A stretch of DNA of 47,506 nt from a virus (taxonomy: Duplodnaviria; Caudoviricetes), in the IMG/VR virus record IMGVR_UViG_3300044723_002977, positions 1 through 47,506 of that record; one strand, 5' to 3'. Of the stretch, positions 35,571 through 44,064 are shown piece by piece (the first letter of the stretch is position 1; each line of letters begins with the position of its first letter). The position numbers were made by a program, and so were the translations under genes. The notes under the pieces were generated by a model, which was not told the DNA's origin, made no database searches, and was given only the letters and a program-made list of their open reading frames with translations.

Positions 35571-36413
35571 TTAGCGAGCTTTGATCTGACTCAGATCAGC
35601 TGTAGCAGCTGCGCCCACTTGCGCTAGATCTTGTAATGATCCAGCAAACATATATGAGCCCATGTGACTTAATTTCATCCACGGACACATCCAAATATGT
35701 AATCCAGCCTTACGTCCCCACTGACAGAACATATAGTCCTCAGATAGATAACGCTTAGAGTCAGGGCAGATAACGCAATCAAAGTAAGCCATGATCTCAC
35801 GTGTACCATCAAAGTTCTTGGTACGAACATGATCAGGCTTGTATGAGAACTCAGGATATGTTTCTGCATATGTCTCAAAAGCAGATCGCTGGATCATCAT
35901 AAATCCAGTACCACCTTCAAGCACTTCTACTGGTTCATCGATTCGAATCTCTGTAGATCCTTCCACAGGATTGAACACATAGTCACCAATATAGTTCTCA
36001 AGGTTGTTTGGATTCTCATCACCAAAGCCTTTATCAACTGCACGTTTAACTTTTTCCCAAGAGATAGTCTTCTTAGGATAAGGACCACAGATAATATCTT
36101 TATCAGACTCTGGATCAGCAATTGCAGCTAGTGCAAGTACATCATTGGGATCAAATCCAATATCTGAATCAATGAACATCATGTGAGTACATTCTGAACG
36201 TAGAAACTCATCTACAAGATAGTTACGTGCTCTTGTAATCAACGACTCATTAAACAGATAGAAGAACCTAACTTCAACACCATACTGAGTAGCAAGCATA
36301 GCTAGATCAGAGCAGCTCTTCGCATACTGTCCACCACACATACCACCATACATAGGTGTTGCAACAAAGATCTTACGTTTACGTAGCTCTTGTACGTCAA
36401 TTGATACTTCCAT
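35571..36413 (-). CDS. GT-A fold (family 2-like) glycosyltransferase-like protein
   Basis: ATPMYGG, SLITRARN, DxD motif FIDSDI, GTGFMMI, YLSEDYMFC. Confidence 0.65.
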   Translation of the reverse strand: MEVSIDVQELRKRKIFVATPMYGGMCGGQYAKSCSDLAMLATQYGVEVRFFYLFNESLITRARNYLVDEFLRSECTHMMFIDSDIGFDPNDVLALAAIADPESDKDIICGPYPKKTISWEKVKRAVDKGFGDENPNNLENYIGDYVFNPVEGSTEIRIDEPVEVLEGGTGFMMIQRSAFETYAETYPEFSYKPDHVRTKNFDGTREIMAYFDCVICPDSKRYLSEDYMFCQWGRKAGLHIWMCPWMKLSHMGSYMFAGSLQDLAQVGAAATADLSQIKAR

Positions 36414-36991
36414 TAATCGGTTCTCCTTACATTATAAATTTTTTGTTCTTCTGGGCTAGTTGCCATTACCTGTTCCTGGTGATGAAGATATGTTTCTGTC
36501 TTGTACATCTTTTCATCAGCTTTACCTGTACCATAGTCACCATCATATTGATTGAGTGCTTCTGCCTTGAACAGTAAGAACTGACCAACTCTAGTACCTT
36601 TACGGATAACAGCTGGGCCAACATTAACATGCAATGCACCAGCCATTACACCTTGATATCCGCTATCATATAAACCAGATGTGATAAACAAACCATTACG
36701 ATTCAAAGTGGAACGTGTGATAACCCAACCAGCTTCATCTGGTCCAATAGTAATCTCACCTTCCATAATAATTTCGTACGTGCCAACACCTAGATGCCAA
36801 TCACCACTTTCATCAGGAATCATTTCAAGTGATCCTCGATGTGTCTTTGTTGTCTCATTGATAGCAAAGTTGACATGTTCATTGATCTGAAAGATCTTGT
36901 CAACCTTCAGATCAATTGCATTGGGTTGTACTTGATTTGAATCAAACTGACTTAGGTTGCTTCTCGTCTTCTCCGACGCTAGATGAATCAT
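36413..36991 (-). CDS. Trimeric dUTPase/dCTP deaminase family protein
   Basis: QPNAIDL, RSTLNRNG, GLYDSGYQG, RVGQ motifs. Confidence 0.8.
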   Translation of the reverse strand: MIHLASEKTRSNLSQFDSNQVQPNAIDLKVDKIFQINEHVNFAINETTKTHRGSLEMIPDESGDWHLGVGTYEIIMEGEITIGPDEAGWVITRSTLNRNGLFITSGLYDSGYQGVMAGALHVNVGPAVIRKGTRVGQFLLFKAEALNQYDGDYGTGKADEKMYKTETYLHHQEQVMATSPEEQKIYNVRRTD

Positions 36992-37265
36992 TCTTTCCCT
37001 CCATAAAGCTAAAGTTGTATGCCAAGATTGCGTAGTGGATAAGTTTCATCAGATCCTTAGGATTCTTACCATCCTTCTTACCAAAACGCATAGCATACTT
37101 CATAAGGGTTCCCATGCACATCTCCTCAGCAATGCCCATGTTCTCCCACACGTCAATTGTTTGTACATCTTTCTTACCAACATAGTGTTGATTGTAAGTA
37201 GATGTGATATATTGATAGATCTCTTTCAAGATCTTATCTTCATTGTATTTGTAATCAACTTTCAC
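36942..37265 (-). CDS. DUF3310-like protein (T7 gp1.7 nucleotide kinase-related)
   Basis: QHY..QTID..MGTLMKYAMRFGKKDG...DLMK..HYA; GTG start with GGAG RBS. Confidence 0.7.
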   Translation of the reverse strand: MKVDYKYNEDKILKEIYQYITSTYNQHYVGKKDVQTIDVWENMGIAEEMCMGTLMKYAMRFGKKDGKNPKDLMKLIHYAILAYNFSFMEGKNDSSSVGEDEKQPKSV

Positions 37266-37680
37266 TTTTATACTCCACAAGCTCACATGGTCCATGATAA
37301 ACTAGATCAACTTCGTCAACCTCAAAACCAGCCTCTTCGAAGGCGGTATATTGATCATTATCCCACATTTCTTCAACGATATCAACAGTTATCACATCAT
37401 CTGGATTATCCATGTTGTGACACTGGAAAATATCAAACGCACAACAATCTATCAAGCCGTTATCATAGATGGTATACTCACTTACAGCAACAGGGGTCTC
37501 TTCAAAGATATAAGTTTGAATCTCTGATACTTCATCTTCATCTAGTTCGAGAATTGTTTCACCCCAACGAAACATTTCTTCAACACCAAAACGGCGGCCT
37601 CGATTATCTGACCAATACTCTATTTGCCAAACATTCTTTTTTTCAAGATTTTTTAGAATGTAAAGTTTTTTCTCACTCAT
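37255..37680 (-). CDS. Hypothetical acidic protein
   Basis: 141-aa ORF tiling the operon. Confidence 0.65.
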   Translation of the reverse strand: MSEKKLYILKNLEKKNVWQIEYWSDNRGRRFGVEEMFRWGETILELDEDEVSEIQTYIFEETPVAVSEYTIYDNGLIDCCAFDIFQCHNMDNPDDVITVDIVEEMWDNDQYTAFEEAGFEVDEVDLVYHGPCELVEYKSES

Positions 37681-37938
37681 TTACTTATTTTCCATCTCCC
37701 ATGTCTCAGATTCATGTGTACTAATCAGCCAACTAAATCCATATTGCAATGGGTGATAGTCATTTAGTTGTTCACGGAAGGCTTCAATTTCACTAATCTG
37801 TTCTTCAGTTAAATCAATGACTTCTTCTACACCATAAAACTCAGAGACATAGTCCCATACACATTCAATCATTTCACGTTCAACCCACTCATCAATCTTA
37901 TGAGTGCGATGCCAGTAGAAGCCTTCTTCGTCAGACAT
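37681..37938 (-). CDS. Hypothetical acidic protein
   Basis: AGGAG RBS and TAATG coupling to the dpdA-like gene. Confidence 0.65.
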   Translation of the reverse strand: MSDEEGFYWHRTHKIDEWVEREMIECVWDYVSEFYGVEEVIDLTEEQISEIEAFREQLNDYHPLQYGFSWLISTHESETWEMENK

Positions 37939-38774
37939 TATAGATACTCCTTGCATAAGTCATCAATGTATTCCATATTATCCATTGCTTTCTCAATAAA
38001 GTCAACGACTTCTGTCTTGAAGTTAAAGTCAACCTCATCCTCAAACTTACCATTACGACGACCAGTTGGAGTGTCATCAAAAGTCTGATCGTTCAAGCCA
38101 AGCCATACAGCAGCAGATGAATCCCAAGTATCAATAAATCCAATGAAAGGATTCATAAACATAATCTCGTTGGGACCATCTACCATTCCAAGGAAGTGAA
38201 TTTTCTTATTGTTCATTTTGATATCAGATAAGATACCTTTCTTCTTGAGATCATACATCAGACGAAGACGAGAGTTGAATCTTTGTAACTTGTTACCAGA
38301 CTCAACATCATATGCAAGAGGAGCAGCAAGAATAGAGACACCAATGTAATCTACAAGATCAGACTTCGAAGCCCATTGGAATGCATACAATAGATCATCA
38401 ATAGATCCTTTATTGCCTTGAGGTACAAAGAAAGTACCAAAGCCTTCTTCTTTAATCACAGGAGCCATTGTCATGGCTGCTTCGATTGTATTTTCGGGAT
38501 CAGAGTCTGGATAATCAGAGAGAACAATATAGTCAGCATTGATACGTTTGCCCATGGTAATCAACTTACCTGAATCATACATAGGACGATTCTGCTTGTA
38601 CATTTCAAAAGCAGAGTTGTCCATGATAATCATACAACCATACTTTTCTTTTTGTTGTAGATAATAGTTGACGTAAGACTCATCCTCTTCAATGAGGTGA
38701 GCTAATACCAAATGGACAGGACGTCCATCTGTCACAGATAGATGTGGCGTGGGAGCGATATGACAAAAGTCCAT
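37938..38774 (-). CDS. dpdA: TGT-fold guanine transglycosylase, DpdA-like (possibly DpdA3)
   Basis: IIMDNSAFE, IVLSD, FFVPQG, IHFLG and WDSS correspond to TGT barrel motifs; adjacent to folE/queD/queE. Confidence 0.7.
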   Translation of the reverse strand: MDFCHIAPTPHLSVTDGRPVHLVLAHLIEEDESYVNYYLQQKEKYGCMIIMDNSAFEMYKQNRPMYDSGKLITMGKRINADYIVLSDYPDSDPENTIEAAMTMAPVIKEEGFGTFFVPQGNKGSIDDLLYAFQWASKSDLVDYIGVSILAAPLAYDVESGNKLQRFNSRLRLMYDLKKKGILSDIKMNNKKIHFLGMVDGPNEIMFMNPFIGFIDTWDSSAAVWLGLNDQTFDDTPTGRRNGKFEDEVDFNFKTEVVDFIEKAMDNMEYIDDLCKEYL

Positions 38775-38806
38775 AATATACCTTTCAATTCAATTGTATT
38801 AATTAT

Positions 38807-39043
38807 TTATTGCTTCTTGTGATGAATTTGTGGTAGTGGTACCATGGCCATGTGATCATCATGATGCACCTTAGCATATGAACGACCACCTCTATTCATC
38901 AAACCACCATAACGGCCAGTCTTTTTAGTCTTACCGTCATTGTCAGTATATGACACAGGATTGTTCTTTCCAACTTTCCTAAGGTGTTGTTTGATATGAC
39001 CATACTCATCTTCAGCAAGTACGTGTTTCTTAAATGAATCCAT
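38807..39043 (-). CDS. Small basic protein with capsid-targeting-like N-terminus
   Basis: MDSFKKHVLAE|D; CTAAATA at 39122-39128 upstream. Confidence 0.55.
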   Translation of the reverse strand: MDSFKKHVLAEDEYGHIKQHLRKVGKNNPVSYTDNDGKTKKTGRYGGLMNRGGRSYAKVHHDDHMAMVPLPQIHHKKQ

Positions 39044-39045
39044 CT

Positions 39046-39492
39046 TTACCTCTTTGGATAGAAGACAACAGAACCATTCTCGTCATCTTCACTAACTTCG
39101 ATTGTTACATCTCTATTAGGGTATTTAGCTTTCACTTGCTCGTAAAGGTCATCAGAAATCATTTCGCAAGACTTATAATCTAGAACGAGTACTCCAGTAT
39201 CGTAACATCGTTCGAGCCATCGCTTAAATTGGATGAACTCAATGTCTCGATCATCGTGAAAAACTTCGATTGACACCCTGAAATGAAACACATGACGATG
39301 AGGATAGCCAAGAAACGATACATCATCCCAATCTCCTGTCGCTAGTTTTGGATCGTCAAGTGCAGCAGGATACTTGTGAATACCTTCTTTCTTGAACTTA
39401 ACCCAGATTGATTTCTTAACTTTAGGTTGACCAATACCTTCTTTGATATCTTGTTCTTTCATTGCTTCCATCATTTCACTATAGTATCCCAT
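39046..39492 (-). CDS. QueD paralog, DpdL-like (putative CDG decarboxylase)
   Basis: EGIH, FLGYPHRHVFHF (LxxxHRHxF), SCEM and VSED T-fold motifs; lacks the QueD catalytic Cys before HxH. Confidence 0.65.
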   Translation of the reverse strand: MGYYSEMMEAMKEQDIKEGIGQPKVKKSIWVKFKKEGIHKYPAALDDPKLATGDWDDVSFLGYPHRHVFHFRVSIEVFHDDRDIEFIQFKRWLERCYDTGVLVLDYKSCEMISDDLYEQVKAKYPNRDVTIEVSEDDENGSVVFYPKR

Positions 39493-40196
39493 TATCTATG
39501 CCCCACAGTAGCTTGCTGTAGTTGAATATCTCTCGTCCATTCATCCTTTACTGAAGGATTGTAAAACTGTCCGTGGAGTACAGTCGTTTGAGTGAGAGAG
39601 GAGTGAGCCTGTACTCCACGGTTCTCCATACAACCATGTGTGGCTTGAATGTAGACAGCTACATCCTCAGTTCCTGTGTGTTCCATAATCTTCTCAGCAA
39701 TCTGCCGACATAGTTCTTCTTGCAAAGTTCCACGACGAGCACACCACTGAGCGATACGAGCATACTTACTGAGACCAATCACACGAGTGCTTGGGAGAAG
39801 ACCAATATAACAGACACCCTTGACAGGCTGGTGATGATGTGAGCACATAGATAGAATCTCAGCTCTAACATTAATCAGACCAGCATATCGATCACGAGGG
39901 TTGTCGTTAGGGAATGCGGTTACCTTAGGTGCAGGATCATACCTACCAGACATAATCTCTTTGATATACATCTTAGCAAGTCGATGCGCTGTGTCCATAG
40001 AGTTTGGATCGTTCTTACGATCAATCAACAAACTATCGAGTACACCTTCAAACTTTTCTGTGAGCTCATCAATAAGCTCCTCACGTTCATTACCTTCAAT
40101 AAACTTAGAGATATTATCACCAGCCCAATACCTGGCTCCAGACTCTTCAATACGTTGTCTGATAATATCTGATACTGTAAAACTATTCTTCGCCAT
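39492..40196 (-). CDS. folE: GTP cyclohydrolase I
   Basis: SMCSHH, IGLSKYARI, LQEEL, HGCMENRGV. Confidence 0.95.
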   Translation of the reverse strand: MAKNSFTVSDIIRQRIEESGARYWAGDNISKFIEGNEREELIDELTEKFEGVLDSLLIDRKNDPNSMDTAHRLAKMYIKEIMSGRYDPAPKVTAFPNDNPRDRYAGLINVRAEILSMCSHHHQPVKGVCYIGLLPSTRVIGLSKYARIAQWCARRGTLQEELCRQIAEKIMEHTGTEDVAVYIQATHGCMENRGVQAHSSLTQTTVLHGQFYNPSVKDEWTRDIQLQQATVGHR

Positions 40197-40665
40197 CTAT
40201 AAATCTTTCTTTCCTTACTTGGAAGGGAGTGTACACTGCACTGTTACTTCCATGCTCACTACATTCAGCTGACTCACACCAACAACGTCCATCAGTCAAC
40301 CCTCTCACTAACTCATCAGCAAACTTCCATGCATGATAAGCAAACCTTTCTGCACCAACACCATCAACAATTGTTAACTGTGCTAGTCCTTTTTCTTGTA
40401 ACAACTTAAAGTCGTCCAAGTGTGGATCAGCTTGATCCAATACAACTTTATGATCAAACATATGCTCGAGCCATTGCTTGAGAGGTTTCAGTCCTCCAAA
40501 GTCAACTGCCCAGTTCTTGTTATCTAACTCACTGCATCCAAATGTGAACTTGAATCCAAGACTATATCCATGTAGATACTTACAGTGTGAATGATCAGCG
40601 TGAGGCTGTCTAAACACAGCACTCAATCCAATACTGTGATTGTATGTCTTTGTACTATAATACAT
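40183..40665 (-). CDS. queD: 6-carboxy-5,6,7,8-tetrahydropterin synthase QueD
   Basis: HCKYLHGY, VDFGGLK, FDH, GAERFA, EHGSNSA. Confidence 0.88.
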   Translation of the reverse strand: MYYSTKTYNHSIGLSAVFRQPHADHSHCKYLHGYSLGFKFTFGCSELDNKNWAVDFGGLKPLKQWLEHMFDHKVVLDQADPHLDDFKLLQEKGLAQLTIVDGVGAERFAYHAWKFADELVRGLTDGRCWCESAECSEHGSNSAVYTPFQVRKERFIDGEE

Positions 40666-40666
40666 C

Positions 40667-41599
40667 TTACGTTCCTATTGCATTACCAAACAAGTAGCAG
40701 TGTAGTCTGCCAGATACGTTGTAGCCTTTCTCAAAGGCTATCTTAGCAACTTCACCAGCACCTGTCTCTTGATCTTCTACTGTTGCACCCACAGGCATAA
40801 TATATACTGGCCAGTATACACCAGCTTGCCGGAATTGGTCAACAACATATTCGAGTTCTTCCCACTGTTCTTTCTTTGGACCCATTACAAACTTTAACTG
40901 TCCTTCTGGTGTCTTCCATTGACTGTTGACCAACGAACTATACATAGCATACTCACCAACTATTTCTGGTTTGATAGCCTTCTCTGGTTTCTCACCAGCA
41001 ACAGTCCATAACTTTGGTGAACATGAAAAGAATAGAGGTGTGTTAAACATTCCTCTGTTTGCAAGAAAGTCTCTGAATGGTTCTTGTAACTCTTGTGTAC
41101 CATTAGTCTCAAATGTAAATGACTTTGGTAAGTTCTGATCAAGTTTCCAGCACTCATACATCTCCATGAATGCTTTCTGTCCATGAGCCATCAAAGGTTC
41201 ACCACCTGTCAAACACATATGTGCTGTCATCTTAGATTCTGGATGAGCAAACATACCTTCTGGATTAGTTTCAGTCTTTGCTGTCTCTTTGATAAGATCA
41301 ACCAACTCTCTAGCAGTCTTTTGACCCATAAGATGTTTATACTTCTTTGACCATGTATATGATGAATCACAACCTTTTGACCATACTGGAAGATCCTCAA
41401 CTCTTGTTACTGTTGAGGTATCAAAGTCTTGATATGGTAACTCCCAAGATTCTGGATTGGTAGGATCAAGTTGACCAAATCCATCACACTGCAGGTTACA
41501 CAGAAAGAATCTCAACCAGAGAGTCCACTGTCCTGTATATAAACCTTCACCCTGAATAGAGTTGAATGTTTCTGAATAGTAATATTTTTTCTCACTCAT
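40667..41599 (-). CDS. queE: 7-carboxy-7-deazaguanine synthase QueE (radical SAM)
   Basis: SIQGEG, CNLQC...GCDS, LTGGEP, ETNGT, SPKL, LKFV, RLH; start MSEKK at 41599. Confidence 0.9.
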   Translation of the reverse strand: MSEKKYYYSETFNSIQGEGLYTGQWTLWLRFFLCNLQCDGFGQLDPTNPESWELPYQDFDTSTVTRVEDLPVWSKGCDSSYTWSKKYKHLMGQKTARELVDLIKETAKTETNPEGMFAHPESKMTAHMCLTGGEPLMAHGQKAFMEMYECWKLDQNLPKSFTFETNGTQELQEPFRDFLANRGMFNTPLFFSCSPKLWTVAGEKPEKAIKPEIVGEYAMYSSLVNSQWKTPEGQLKFVMGPKKEQWEELEYVVDQFRQAGVYWPVYIMPVGATVEDQETGAGEVAKIAFEKGYNVSGRLHCYLFGNAIGT

Positions 41600-41831
41600 T
41601 CTTTTCTCCAATAATTGGAATAGTCTTCTCGACTTTCTCCTTAATATCAATGACATTATCTGTCTCTATAATATCAATGATTAACTTGGTTAAGTCAACA
41701 TCTTTTTGCAAGTTTGCAATTTTTCTTTGGATTGCAGCTAGTTGTTCTTGATAGAACTCAAGCTCCTGCTCTTTTCTTAATTTGTTCTCAATAAGTTCAC
41801 TGAGAACAATAATTTTCTTTTCGTTGGTCAT
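41592..41831 (-). CDS. Coiled-coil hypothetical protein
   Basis: KLRKEQELEFY heptad pattern. Confidence 0.65.
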   Translation of the reverse strand: MTNEKKIIVLSELIENKLRKEQELEFYQEQLAAIQRKIANLQKDVDLTKLIIDIIETDNVIDIKEKVEKTIPIIGEKNE

Positions 41832-41995
41832 ACCAACTCTTCACAGATTCCTAACCCTTCTGCTCCAAGCAACATTAGACCTGCAATAAAAAAATTACCT
41901 TGAATCAGAAATACACATCCTACAATTCTGATAGCGCTCTTTGCCAAACTAACATAGAAGTGACCTTTACCAGGATCTTTAAAAGCAATTTGCAT
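41828..41995 (-). CDS. Small membrane protein (55 aa)
   Basis: Not in the ORF track: MQIAFKDPGKGHFYVSLAKSAIRIVGCVFLIQGNFFIAGLMLLGAEGLGICEELV; coupled at both ends. Confidence 0.65.
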   Translation of the reverse strand: MQIAFKDPGKGHFYVSLAKSAIRIVGCVFLIQGNFFIAGLMLLGAEGLGICEELV

Positions 41996-42189
41996 TACTT
42001 TTCTATCCTTTCACCAATCTGATCTTTAATCTCAATGATACGTTTATCTAGAACACTGATAGCTGTGCTAATGTGTCCTGTATATGGCGGTATGCATCTG
42101 CCATTGTCATGTGGTTGTAGTAAAGTTTTGAGATGATCTCTCTCACGGATAAGATGCATCATATGTTCAAGCAACTGCCTGCCGTACAT
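41995..42189 (-). CDS. Hypothetical protein
   Basis: LQPHD...TGHISTAISVL. Confidence 0.6.
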   Translation of the reverse strand: MYGRQLLEHMMHLIRERDHLKTLLQPHDNGRCIPPYTGHISTAISVLDKRIIEIKDQIGERIEK

Positions 42190-42700
42190 TTTTCTTCCTC
42201 ATTCTATCAAGTTTCACTTTTTGTTTCTTAGCAAGGTCAAGATGATATCTGTTTGCTCTCTTCTGATAAAGAACACCTTCTAAGTGATCATATTCATGTT
42301 GGAAGATCCTTGCAGCAAACCCATCTAGGTTAATAGTATCAATAACACCATTCTCAATAGCCATACGAACTCTGATATTCATATGACGTTTGATCTTGAT
42401 GAAGAGACCTGGAAAAGTAAGACAGCCTTCTTCTTCAGTATACTCTTCACCACTATAGTCAACAATAGTTGGATTGAAGATAGCCATAATCTCATCAGGT
42501 ACACTGTGATGCCCCATAACAAACATTCTATATGGCAAACCAACTTGTGGACATGAAAGACCAACTCCTTGATTAGCTACAAGTGTGTCTCTCATATTTT
42601 CAAATAACTCGGTAGGATCAATAGGTGGATTATCGAAATCAAACCTTTGAGCCTTCTGAGTTAATATTGGATCATACTGATCCACTAATTCATAAACCAT
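42167..42700 (-). CDS. def: Peptide deformylase
   Basis: GVGLSCPQ, EGCLTFP and QHEYDHLEG motifs. Confidence 0.95.
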   Translation of the reverse strand: MVYELVDQYDPILTQKAQRFDFDNPPIDPTELFENMRDTLVANQGVGLSCPQVGLPYRMFVMGHHSVPDEIMAIFNPTIVDYSGEEYTEEEGCLTFPGLFIKIKRHMNIRVRMAIENGVIDTINLDGFAARIFQHEYDHLEGVLYQKRANRYHLDLAKKQKVKLDRMRKKNVRQAVA

Positions 42701-42739
42701 CCACTTTGTCCCAGGTCAATATAAATTTCTATACTATGC

Positions 42740-42768
42740 AGTATAATCTCAATCACAATTAAAGTCAA
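42740..42768 (-). promoter_or_regulatory. Sigma70-type promoter for def and the downstream que/dpd genes
   Basis: TTGACT-17-TATACT in an intergenic gap. Confidence 0.7.
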
Positions 42769-42784
42769 CAATATTTTCAGGAGT

Positions 42785-43195
42785 TTAGAGTTCACCTTTT
42801 TCTCTCATCTCCGCTCTAATCTTTGTTGCAGAAATGTTATGGATATCTTTACCTAGATCATGCTCTGTGAATGTATATCCAACACCACGTCCATATGAAA
42901 TGTCAACAATATTTGGGACTCTCATAATAATATATTGTTTGCTGTATTCATAACCTGCTTTAGATAGTCCGTCACGAATGCCGTGCCATACATCTTCGTA
43001 GATAAACGGATTGTCTTCTTGCTTTGCAGTGCGACCTGCTCCTGCATCTGATCCTACAATTCCACCTACGTCTCTGACCATGATAGCTACTTGTCCTGTT
43101 TCAGCAAGAGCTCGTTTAAACAATTCTGTGTGTCCATCATGCCAAGGTTGCCATCTGCCTAGCATCTGTGTTGTGGGTTTTTGCCAATCAAACAT
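42785..43195 (-). CDS. HxGH nucleotidyltransferase (cytidylyltransferase/NMNAT-like)
   Basis: GRWQPWHDGH and ISATKIR motifs. Confidence 0.82.
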   Translation of the reverse strand: MFDWQKPTTQMLGRWQPWHDGHTELFKRALAETGQVAIMVRDVGGIVGSDAGAGRTAKQEDNPFIYEDVWHGIRDGLSKAGYEYSKQYIIMRVPNIVDISYGRGVGYTFTEHDLGKDIHNISATKIRAEMREKGEL

Positions 43196-43638
43196 TATGC
43201 AAACCTCAATGATGCTTTTGTAATAAAATAATCTCTGATATCATTTGCAATACCAGCAATCTCTCCATCTGATAAATGTCTATCAATATGATAGTCAACA
43301 CCTTCAGGTTTCTCAAACATTTTGTTAGTGTCGTCATAACGACCTTCTTTGATAGTATCTAACCAAATAGTTACTTCTGGATCAAAATGTTTTCTTGTTT
43401 CATTTGTAGGTGCTACAAAGTCACAAATAACCCAACGGCCATTAGCAACTTCAAAGTCAGCAATAGTCTTCATTCTATTTGCTTGACGCATTCTACCAGT
43501 ACTACTAAAGTCCCAGTCATTAGCTGCACCTCTGATAACATCTGCATTATACCATGCACAGTTATCTAAATGTTTAACTAATCTTTCTGCAAGCCAAGTT
43601 TTACCGGCACCTGGCAAACCGCAAACTAAAATTTTCAT
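43195..43638 (-). CDS. P-loop kinase, adenylylsulfate kinase-like
   Basis: GLPGAGKT, NADVIR, DFS..GR.RQ, CDFVAP, FEKP. Confidence 0.78.
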   Translation of the reverse strand: MKILVCGLPGAGKTWLAERLVKHLDNCAWYNADVIRGAANDWDFSSTGRMRQANRMKTIADFEVANGRWVICDFVAPTNETRKHFDPEVTIWLDTIKEGRYDDTNKMFEKPEGVDYHIDRHLSDGEIAGIANDIRDYFITKASLRFA

Positions 43639-43856
43639 ATTTTTTCAAACACCCATTTAACGTCTTTATGATCTGATAGATTCCTACTACGTGATCCAGT
43701 AGTATATAATCCAAATTGATATTCCAAATCTTTTCTCAATTGAGGATCAACAACCTCATTGATGTCAACAACTTTATGTTTGGTTGGATCTACATCATCT
43801 TTGTTGACCCACTCATAAGCTGCCATTCCTAAAATTAATGCTAATACAAGTTCCAT
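43635..43856 (-). CDS. Hypothetical protein with N-terminal TM
   Basis: MELVLALILGMAAY; ATGA coupling. Confidence 0.55.
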   Translation of the reverse strand: MELVLALILGMAAYEWVNKDDVDPTKHKVVDINEVVDPQLRKDLEYQFGLYTTGSRSRNLSDHKDVKWVFEKI

Positions 43857-43857
43857 A

Positions 43858-44064
43858 TTATGTCTCCCATTTCATTTGCTCATCTCGAGCATATCTACAG
43901 CCGTCTACAAAATCTGCTTGTTCATCGTTCATATGAGCTCTGTACAAACTAAGTGAGTTTAACAATTCGTTAATCAAGTCAACATTACTCAGATGAGCTT
44001 GCAATTTCATAAGCTCTTCAAGTCTGTCCAACTTAGATTCTATCTTGTCATGTATCTTACTCAT
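43858..44064 (-). CDS. Hypothetical protein
   Basis: Coupled to gp46 (ATGA). Confidence 0.6.
   Translation of the reverse strand: MSKIHDKIESKLDRLEELMKLQAHLSNVDLINELLNSLSLYRAHMNDEQADFVDGCRYARDEQMKWET

Noticed and set aside
37035-37724. 229-aa plus-strand ORF
   Set aside because: Antisense shadow of tightly tiled minus-strand genes, with no RBS or recognisable motifs.
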